Of a stretch of 44,922 nt of DNA, positions 1 through 8,819 are shown piece by piece. This stretch comes from Macrostomum lignano. Its lineage: Eukaryota. Position numbers and translations under genes: made by a program. Location: NCBI GenBank assembly GCA_002269645.1, contig NIVC01003298.1:1-44922 (forward strand). The letters run 5' to 3'. A model generated the notes under the pieces. That model searched no databases, was not told where the DNA came from, and saw only the letters and a list, made by a program, of their open reading frames with translations. Position 1 is the stretch's first letter, and the number at the start of each line of letters is the position of its first letter.

Positions 1-45
1 AAATCCCACATTCTCCCATTAGAAATTCCCCCATTATCCAAATAG
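1..45. repeat. Degenerate tail of the ~22-bp TTCTCCAATTAGAAATTCCCCCA satellite
   Basis: CATTCTCCCATTAGAAATTCCCCCATT matches the unit of the array at 5745-7771. Confidence 0.75.
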
Positions 46-347
46 CTAATTGCCACACACCCCAAATTTTACATGTAAAAATGAATAGGTAGTTCGACGC
101 ACTCTTAACTGAATTTCACACACTTCCTTCAGTTCGATCTAAACGCCGAAAAGAACAGAACGTGCAAGCCTAACTCGCTCAAGCACTCGTTTCTTCTTCT
201 GACGGCGTTGAGTTCCCATCTCACTTGATTCTACTAAGAGACAGCATTTGCTTGTGCAAATTTGCACATCAAATTCACGGGCAATACATAAAAAAAGCAA
301 ATTTAACCTCACCAAACACGAATTCCTGTCACCCCCATGAGCCAGCA

Positions 348-806
348 TCATACGTTGGTGCTGCCATACCCCGACTCCCGAACCGTCACCAACAGTGGAC
401 AGTTGGCCCTCCCTGGCCCGACCGACCTCCACGGGGGGCGTGGCAAAACGTTCCAGAACCAGCAAGGCCACATGCATCGCGCACGGCAGATGGATCTTCT
501 CATCCGGCGTGCGGTACAGAATCACGCGGAGCTCGGGTCCACCACGCAACCCTGCACAGTCAGGCCCCGATTGGCCCAACTTGAGCGGCTCGTGCATGTA
601 ATCCGGCCATAGGTGCCCGGCAGCAGGATAACGCGAAGGCCTGTGCGTATGATGACAGTATCACAGTCCTTCACGGCCCGATCTTCACAGGTAGCCAAAT
701 CGTACCCAACTGATCCCGCCGTGCCCCGCCGCGGCATCACAGCGCCGTGATCCACTAGCACGACGCGCAGCGGGACTGTCGAGCAGGCGCTGGATGTAGT
801 ACTCAT
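348..806 (-). pseudogene. dut: Intronless trimeric dUTPase pseudogene (two frameshifts), probably viral/mobile-element derived
   Basis: ATG at 806 in GCCACGATG context. Motif I VGYDL, TGLRVILLPGTYGRI, motif II RSSWA, motif III GCVVDP then a deletion of the expected DYRG with frameshift (~530) into ELRVILY...HVALLVLERFATPPVEV (motif IV region). A second shift (~385) leads into TVRESGYGSTNV-stop (motif V, RGxxGFGST-like), TGA at 350-348. Confidence 0.85.
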
Positions 807-1071
807 CGTGGCTGAGGGTTCATAGCTCATAAGATTCTTATCGCCTTCTATAATGAGTCTAGTACTAAGCCTAGTACTAACCCCACTATCATCCAAGAAA
901 AAAATACATTGAGAAAAAAGAAAGACGGAAATCAAATTCTTGCACATACATTCGATAGCGCATATTTTGCGAGCAAAACAACATAAACAGACAGACAATA
1001 GAGAACAATTGAAGTCAACCGCCAATGACCAAATGGGAATTATGAGTAGAGATCAACCTTAGGATGAGTAG

Positions 1072-1640
1072 TGGAGAAGCTCATGTTAATGTCGGTTAAG
1101 CTTCTCCAGCATGAAAGATGGTCAATTTACTCTAAACCCCAAATGTACTATTCCTAAGCCGCTACGTGCTGGTGTCATTTACAAATTTTCGTGCGCTGGT
1201 ATGGTATGTTAAAACAGAGCGACACCTACACACATGAGCGAATGAACATTTCAGAAAAGTGTCCGCTGTACATGATCACCTTCTCGTGTGCCACCAATGT
1301 ACCCAACGCAAGCATATTGACCAATTCAGTATTACATGTATTGACAACAGTCAATACAGTGGAAAGCTGCCAACTTTAGAAGCATTGTACATAAAAGAGC
1401 TTAAACCCACCCTCAACAGCCAGCTATTTAACGGAGGCACTAGTTTATATTTAAAGATTTTCTGACTGTCTTTTCTTATTCTGTGCGTTCACCCACCACC
1501 ACTTTTGTTAGCCTTTACCCTCTTGCTCTTATCCACTTATATTTTCGCGCGGTTTTCGTTTAACCTATCCATAACTCATCCATCGCCTGACGATGCCACT
1601 TGTGTGGCGAAACATGTCGCTAAACTAAAAAATATATCGT
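1072..1640 (+). mobile_element. 5'-truncated, decayed Penelope-like retroelement (GIY-YIG endonuclease C-terminus plus 3' pLTR region)
   Basis: Broken frames read IPKPLRAGVIYKFSCAG...KTERHLHT*ANEHFRKVSAVHDHLLVCHQC...LEALYIKELKPTLNSQ...LYLKIF* (stop 1465), the typical PLE GIY-YIG tail. A T-rich 3' region and a hammerhead motif follow. Confidence 0.88.
1584..1621 (+). ncRNA. Minimal type I hammerhead ribozyme (Penelope-type)
   Basis: CTGACGA (1587-1593), T, stem II GCCAC/GTGGC with TTGT loop (1595-1608), GAAA (1609-1612), palindromic CATG stem III, GTC cleavage triplet (1616-1618). Stem I is only 2 bp (GC/GC). Confidence 0.8.
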
Positions 1641-1704
1641 TCACAAAATCTCGTTAGATATAGCTTATAATGATAAATTTGTTTTTCTTACTACTAATTA
1701 ATAT

Positions 1705-1935
1705 TAGGCGTAGCAACCTACCATAATTGCCTGTGTCTAATACACCGCACTCAACCAATTCTTTAAACGTCTCCTTAGGAGCCGTTTCCGGGTCGGCCAT
1801 AACCAATGCCAGGATCAAACTATCCGTATCTCCATCAAGCACACGTGCAGAAGCAAGTGACCGATGGCATTGAATCCTTGATGCCCAGCACTTCGTTGTC
1901 ATAGCCGCCAAAGTGGCACAGTTCATTCCGGATGT
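1705..1935 (-). pseudogene. Fragment of a family B DNA polymerase resembling Polinton/Maverick protein-primed PolB (motif C region)
   Basis: NCATLAAMTTKCWASRIQ...ARVLDGDTDSLILAL...VLDTGNYG aligns by eye with the pPolB pattern N..IAAFTT.(W/H)ARL...RVLY.DTDS.I...L.TG(D/N)YLG. DGDTDS is one substitution (GAT/TAT) from YGDTDS. Confidence 0.6.
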
Positions 1936-1947
1936 CACCCCGGAGAA

Positions 1948-2233
1948 AGCAGTCCGTTCTTCACTAGAGAGCGGCTAAACCACCTCGGTCCAAACCCATC
2001 TATCGATGACGCTTGCAGACCCGAGAACATCCACGGCTCGTCCGGTTTCTTCGGGCAACTAGACAAGCCTTTTTCTTCCCCAACGAAGAAAACGCTGCAG
2101 GACGAACCGGCGTACCGCCCTGACTGGGCCCTGCACCATAGCCGAAGCGGGTCACCAGGGTTTAGCGGAAAGGGCGGCGATCGCCTCCCCGCTGCGTCTT
2201 CGGACTGTCCTGCAGTTAAGTAAGTCAAGTCAA
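1948..2233 (+). mobile_element. 3' end of a non-LTR retrotransposon (copy 1 of 3; I/LOA/R1-like C-terminus)
   Basis: Reads PFFTRERLNHLGPNPSIDDACRPENIH/RLVRFLRATRQAF, homologous to the copy at 38013-38140 ([15 protein letters not shown]...[18 protein letters not shown]). It shares the 3' UTR block and ends in AAGTAAGTCAAGTCAA. Confidence 0.8.
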
Positions 2234-2817
2234 ATGGTCCTGTCAAACACAAAATATCGTCTTGTCAAACAAAAAAGTGCGTCATTTTAAATATTAAAGA
2301 AGCGTCCTGCCGACCATCGAAGACTCATGACTGGAAGGCTGGGAAAATGGCTATGATGCTGTGACTTTTGGGGAGAATCGTTGAGATATCAAGGCTCATG
2401 TGGGAGTTTCTGAGATGTCAAACTCGGGGGTGGAATTGCTGAAATTCTGTGACTCTTGGTGAGCATTACTGAATCGTCAAAGCTCAATGGGGGGTTGCTT
2501 AAATGCTGTGCTCATGTCAAGGGATGTCAAAGGTCAATTAGAAGTTGGTAGGCCAAGCCAAAGGCAGATCAAAGGCAGAGTTATAGGGTTCAGCCATGGC
2601 TTAAAGGGAGGCTTGGGTGCCAAAGCTCTCAGAGGATGCTGATATCCTAGGCTAGATATCTGGCTCTCTGAGCTGATGCTTTTTGCTGTAAGCAACATTT
2701 TCTTTAAGAATAGCAAGGTCGAAAGCTACATGGATTTTACTCGATTTTTTTATTCCTTTCTTTGTTGCCTCCCCAATAAGGCGATGATTGCGAGTCAGAT
2801 ACTAAATCTGAGGACTC

Positions 2818-2913
2818 CACGCCTATCAGACCCCACTCCAGACACTTGATCTGGAGGGACTCCACCACGCCTATCAGACCCCACTCCAGACACTTGATCT
2901 GGAGGGACTCCAC
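2818..2913. repeat. Perfect 48-bp tandem duplication, each unit with a CTCCAGA/TCTGGAG hairpin
   Basis: CACGCCTATCAGACCCCACTCCAGACACTTGATCTGGAGGGACTCCAC occurs twice in tandem. Confidence 0.9.
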
Positions 2914-3311
2914 GACTTGGCCATCATACTCCACTCCAGATGCTGAGTCTGAGGACACTAAAGAACTTCGCAGATTATCAGTGCATCACTTACTATTCAA
3001 CAATGGACAATCGCATGCACCCTCCAGCTTATAGAGTGGCTTGCGCAAACTACTTTATCTTGCTATAGCGATAGCCTAGATATCAATGCACTGCGCATAC
3101 GCGTGCTCAGGGACTGAGTCGCAAAAATACACTCCGAGAAAAAAAAGAGATGCAAATGGGGTGGCTTGCAGCGGAATTGGAGGGTCTTGAGGTAAAGAAA
3201 AATGCAATAAAGCAAGGGCCCGACCGGACCGTAATAACCCGCATACTCGTATAGACCTGCAATTTTGTTGCTATCGCTCAGTCAATATTCACAACAGGAT
3301 CAGCAGGAACA

Positions 3312-4487
3312 ATGGGCAACCTGACCAGCAGCAGCGGACCAAGGATTCCAAACTACAAGCCTGAAAAAGTGTACCTGTTCACCTTTCCCAGCGTCCGGTG
3401 CTGCCCAACAATATCGCCGTTCGCTCTGAAGGTGGAGTCCTGGCTGAGGCTCAATGGCATCGAGTACGAGGCTATTCGCAGCTACAGCCACTGGAGCAAG
3501 AAGGGCCAGGTGCCGTTCGTTGAAGTTGACGGCAGAGAGATCAACGAGTCCAGCTTCATCATCAAGGAGCTGGCGGCCAAGTTCAACAAGCTGGACGACC
3601 TGACTGCCGAGCAGCAGGCCGTGTCCAGCATGGTGGAGGCCATGGTGGACAACCACCTGGTGTGGTCGTACAGCCACTACCGGATGCTCGTCCGGAAGCT
3701 CCCGTCTTCTTCGAGATGTGGGAGGGAATGGGCGCGGTGAAGCGCGCCATCGCGTCCCGGACAATTCCGCGCAACTACAGATCCCGGCTGGAGGGCCACG
3801 GAATGGGCCGGAACACAGTAGAGGAGATTCACGCCATGGGCTGCGACGACATCCGGGCTCTGTCTGGCCTGCTCGTTGACAAGCAGTTCCTGATGGGCGG
3901 CGAGGCGCCACGGTTGTCGATTGCGCCGTGTTCTCGCACCTGGCGCAGATCTGGTGAGGGATTTGACCAAGGGCAAAAGTACGCGCGTTCGCATATACGC
4001 ACCGGACTCACACAAGGTGTACTCTGACTCTGTGCCATCGCAATTGGCCCCGTGCCATTTGCAGAACATTCTTGACTCCAGAAGCCGAGAGTTTTGAATC
4101 ATATTGTCCATATCATTCATTAATCTGTTTACAGCACAACCTTTTGTCTGTAAAGAATCGAACCCAGGCCTCAGGTTCTTGAGATTCATTACTCAGCACT
4201 TCACCGGTGGAATATGAAGATTATTTAGCAAAGAAACTGCCTTCGACCATTCCAGGTATTCGCCTTTGAAGCCGCCGCACAAAGCGGTGATGGAGACGGA
4301 AGCCAAGAATCTGGGGCCCTACCTGGACAGGCTGAAGCGCATAATCTGGCCCGATTGGGACGAATTCTGTGTGGCCAATGTGCAGCCGAATGAAAAACTG
4401 CTGCGGACTGACGGCTGCTACCGAAGCTGCCGACCGAGGACAATGAGGAAGCATCGAGTGATCAGCAGTAGTGACCAGCAGGAGTGA
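3312..4487 (+). CDS. fax: Failed axon connections (fax/FAXC)-like GST-fold protein; 2 exons, two 1-nt frameshifts as assembled
   Basis: Exon 1 3312-3953: MGNLTS (myristoylation-type start), CCPTISPFALKVESWLRLNGIEYE, SKKGQVPFVEVDGREINESSFII; shift ~3690 to RLEGHGMGRNTVEEI...DDIRALSGLLVDKQFLMG; shift ~3909 to PTVVDCAVFSHLAQIW. GT-AG intron 3954-4255. Exon 2 has YLDRLKRIIWPDWDE. Stop is at 4487 as assembled, or TAG 4469-4471 if a further shift exists. Confidence 0.88.
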
Positions 4488-5045
4488 CCAGCAGGAGTGA
4501 TCAGCAGTAGTGACCAGCAGGAGTGACCAGCAGGAGTGAGCAGCAGGAGTGAGCAGCAGGAGTGACCAGCAGGAGTGACCAGCAGGAGTGACCAGCAGGA
4601 GTGACCAGCAGGAGTGACCAGCAGGAGTGAGCAGCAGGAGTGACCAGCAGGAGTGAGCAGCAGGAGTGAGCAGCAGGAGTGACCAGCAGGAGTGACCAGC
4701 AGGAGTGACCAGCAGGAGTGACCAGCAGGAGTGACCAGCAGGAGTGACCAGCAGGAGTGAGCAGCAGGAGTGAGCAGCAGGAGTGACCAGCAGGAGTGAC
4801 CAGCAGGAGTGACCAGCAGGAGTGACCAGCAGGAGTGACCAGCAGGAGTGACCAGCAGGAGTGACCAGCAGGAGTGAGCAGCAGGAGTGAGCAGCAGGAG
4901 TGACCAGCAGGAGTGAGCAGCAGGAGTGACCAGCAGGAGTGAGCAGCAGGAGTGACAGCAGAGTGAGCAGCAGGAGTGACCAGCAGGAGTGACCAGCAGG
5001 AGTGACCAGCAGGAGTGACCAGCAGGAGTGACCAGCAGGAGTGAC
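4457..5045. repeat. 13-bp minisatellite AGTGA(C/G)CAGCAGG, ~45 copies
   Basis: Directly visible; explains the spurious ORF 4501-5085. Confidence 0.95.
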
Positions 5046-5744
5046 AGGAATGATAAATTTTTATTAGAGTGACCAAGATAACCATTAAGAAATGATCACC
5101 ATAACAATCTAGGAGTGACCATCGTGACTATTCCAATGCGTTAAATACTGAGTGTGAGCTGGTTCAGTAATTATGTCTACATAAGTACTTTTCCTTATTC
5201 AAATTGCGATAGTTACATGTATACCCGTACTTAAGGATTTTCAATCGTTAGATGTGTCATAATAATAAAGAGAAAAAAATGGTAAAATAATGTATAGAAA
5301 AAGAGTATAAAAGACTATTTTTATACTAACAGTAGCACTTTAAGCGTTCTATTCTGCTGAGTTTTCTTTTCAAAGATATTTTTTGAGAAATCGATTAAGA
5401 ACGAACGGGTGCTGAAGTTCAGTCTGCAGCTACTCAATAAACGGAAGAGAAGTCAAATTGAGCACCGAAGGCAACATCTGTGCGGAATTTTCCCACAGCG
5501 CTGGCAAATAACACGTGTGGAACAGGGGGGGGGGGGGCTGAACTCTCTGCTCCCATTCTGCAAGCCCCGTCTGACACTCCCGAGTTTTACTTTCTGATTT
5601 CCCATACTACGAGAATTTCTCCCTGAAATTTCCGTCTCAGAATATGCAGATTTCTCATCTGTGTAACTTCTGATTCTGCAAATTGGCCTGCCATGAATAT
5701 AATTGCCCCAGTAAATCCACCATTCTCCCAATCTGCAATTCCCA

Positions 5745-7771
5745 ATCTCCAATTAGAAATTCCCACATTCTCCAATTAGAAATTCCGCATTCTCCAATTA
5801 GAAATTCCCCCATTCTCCAATTAGAAATTCCCATTCTCCAATTAGAAATTCCCATTCCCAATTAGAAATTCCCGCATTCTCCAATTAGAAATTCCCGCAT
5901 TCTCCAATTAGAAATTCCCCCATTCTCCAATTAGAAATTCCTCCATTCTCCAATTAGAAATTCCCACATTCTTCCAATTAGAAATTCCCCATTCTTCCAA
6001 TTAGAAATTCCTCCATTCTCCAATTAGAAATTCCCCATTCTTCCAATTAGAAATTCCCCCATTCTTCCAATTAGAAATTTCCCCATTCTCCCCATTAGAA
6101 ATCCCCCATTCTCCAATTAGAAATTCCCCCATTCTCCAATTAGAAATTCCTCCATTCTCCAATTAGAAATCCCCATTCTCCAATTAGAAATCCCCCATTC
6201 TCCAATTAGAAATTCCCGCATTCTCCCAATTAGAAATTCCCCCATTCTTCCAATTAGAAATTCCCCCATTCTCCCAATTAGAAATTCCCCCATTCTCCCA
6301 ATTAGAAATTCCTCCATTCTCCAATTAGAAATTCCTCCATTCTCCAATTAGAAATTCCCCCATTCTCCAATTAGAAATTCCTCCATTCTCCAATTAGAAA
6401 TTCCCCCATTCTCCAATTAGAAATTCTCCATTCTCCAATTAGAAATTCCCATTCTCCAATTAGAAATTCCCCTTCTCCAATTAGAAATTCCCCATTCTCC
6501 AATTAGAAATTCCCCATTCTCCAATTAGAAATTCCCCATTCTCCAATTAGAAATTCCCCATTCTCCAATTAGAAATTCCCCATTCTCCAATTAGAAATTC
6601 CCCCATTCTCCAATTAGAAATTCCCCATTCTCCAATTAGAAATTCCCCATTCTCCAATTAGAAATCCCCCATTCTCCAATTAGAAATTCCCCATCTCCAA
6701 TTAGAAATTCCCCCATTCTCCAATTAGAAATTCCCCATTCTCCAATTAGAAATTCCCCATTCTCCCAATTAGAAATTCCCATTCTCCATTCTCCAATTAG
6801 AAATTCCTCCATTCTCCAATTAGAAATTCCTCCATTCTCCAATTAGAAATTCCCCCATTCTCCAATTAGAAATTCCTCCATTCTCCAATTAGAAATTCCC
6901 CCATTCTCCCAATTAGAAATTCCTCCATTCTCCAATTAGAAATTCCTCCATTCTCCAATTAGAAATTCCCCCATTCTCCAATTAGAAATTCCCCATTCTC
7001 CAATTAGAAATTCCCCCATTCTCCAATTAGAAATTCCTCCATTCTCCAATTAGAAATTCCCCCATTCTCCAATTAGAAATTCCCCATTCTCCAATTAGAA
7101 ATTCCCCCATTCTTCCAATTAGAAATTCCCCCATTCTCCAATTAGAAATTCCCCCATTCTCCAATTAGAAATTCCCCCATTCTCCAATTAGAAATTCCCC
7201 CATTCTCCAATTAGAAATTCCCCATCCTCCAATTAGAAATTCCCCCATTCTCCAATTAGAAATTCCTCCATTCTCCAATTAGAAATTCCCCCATTCTCCC
7301 AATTAGAAATTCCCCCATTCTCCAATTAGAAATTCCTCCATTCTCCAATTAGAAATTCCCCCATTCTCCAATTAGAAATTCCCCATTCTCCAATTAGAAA
7401 TTCCCCATTCTCCAATTAGAAATTCTCCATTCTCCAATTAGAAATTCCCCATTCTTCCAATTAGAAATTCCCCCATTCTTCCTTAGAAATTCCCCATTCT
7501 TCCAATTAGAAATTCCCCCATTCTCCAATTAGAAATTCCCCATTCTCCAATTAGAAATTCCCCATTCTCCAATTAGAAATTCCTCCATTCTCCAATTAGA
7601 AATTCCCCATCCTCCAATTAGAAATTCCTCCATTCTCCAATTAGAAATTCCCCCATTCTCCCAATTAGAAATTCCCGCATTCTCCAATTAGAAATTCCCC
7701 ATTCTTCCAATTAGAAATTCCCCATTCTCCAATTAGAAATTCCATTCTCCAATTAGAAATTCCCCCATTCT
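5745..7771. repeat. ~22-23-bp satellite TTCTCCAATTAGAAATTCCCCCA, ~2 kb
   Basis: Directly visible; variable C-run length, degenerate margins on both sides. Confidence 0.97.
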
Positions 7772-8559
7772 AAGGGGGAACCAATCTCCCGACTACAAAC
7801 ATAAGCAATTTTCACCATCATTAATTCTCCCATTCTAAACACAAAATTAGCACATTAATTCTTCCATTCATAAATTCCCCTATTCTACCAGACCCACTGC
7901 CTCCCATTATAATTTCATCCTACTCAAGCCCACAGCTCCCCACCCACTGCCTCCCTGCTGCCGACCCAGCCCCCCATCTTCACGGCAAACATGGCATCCA
8001 TTAGCAATTGAGTTCCTCAGAAAAGTTCCACCTCTCCCAAAAACATCTATTCCCCTAATCCCCTAGCCCCCCCCCCCGAGGCTGCAGCAATTTCAGGACA
8101 CGGTGTTGCACGGAGCGCGCAAAAGCAGCAGACAAAAAGCCCAGCTCTTTGTGGCGGGTTGTCGGGCTGGCTGGCGGGCGGCCCAGAAGCAGATGCCTGA
8201 GAACGCTCACACTGCACGGGAGGTTGCCAACTGAGAGCAGTGAGAAGCCTCACTTGCTGGCGTCAACCCCGGGACTGTCTGCCCGCTTCTTTTCTGCCAA
8301 AACTTTTTTATTTAAACATCTTCCTCCATTACAGTCAGGCATTTCTCAGTCTCTCAGTCTCCATCATCAGCGTAAGTCGCAGCTATATTAACTGTCTTTG
8401 GCAGCAGATTTTCAAACCGGATCAGAAAAATGAAGCCTATAATTTTTTTTCGATTTATGAGTTCGTCCGAGTGTTAGCCTCGGCAATAAACTGCCTTAGC
8501 TTGGCAGAAACTCCTCCTAGAACTGGGTAGCACTGGCTTTTCAGTAGCCGGCGCCTCTG

Positions 8560-8605
8560 ATTGGCTGAAATGGTCCTGTCCAATCAGGTGACGCCTTCCT
8601 ATTGG
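8560..8605. promoter_or_regulatory. Triple CCAAT-box cluster with a TGACG half-site upstream of the nAChR gene
   Basis: ATTGG 8560-8564, CCAAT 8580-8584, TGACG 8589-8593, ATTGG 8601-8605; 215-260 bp upstream of ATG 8820. Confidence 0.4.
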
Positions 8606-8819
8606 AGCAAACACAGTGTGTAGGGCCAGTAAAGTTTCTTTAGCAGCCAGGCACTGAAGCGCAACTTGGCTTCATATGGAAACAAAATCGCTTTCATAGA
8701 GTTTTTTGTTTTTTAAGACACAGGCGCAGTTTCCAGTTCTTCATCTGTGGCTCGCTATTTGCAGCGCTGCACTTTTTGTTCACAGACAGACTGACCGCCT
8801 TGGGCTGCTGCGGCTGCGA

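Noticed and set aside
1935-2252. Minus-strand ORF with LNPGD...LWC...GRY as a possible PolB motif B upstream of the PolB fragment
   Set aside because: This stretch is the antisense of the LINE 3' end, whose plus-strand reading matches the copy at 38 kb.
5453-5530. CQRCGKIPHRCCLRC as a gag-like zinc knuckle
   Set aside because: Spacing is not CX2CX4HX4C and no other retroelement motif lies nearby.
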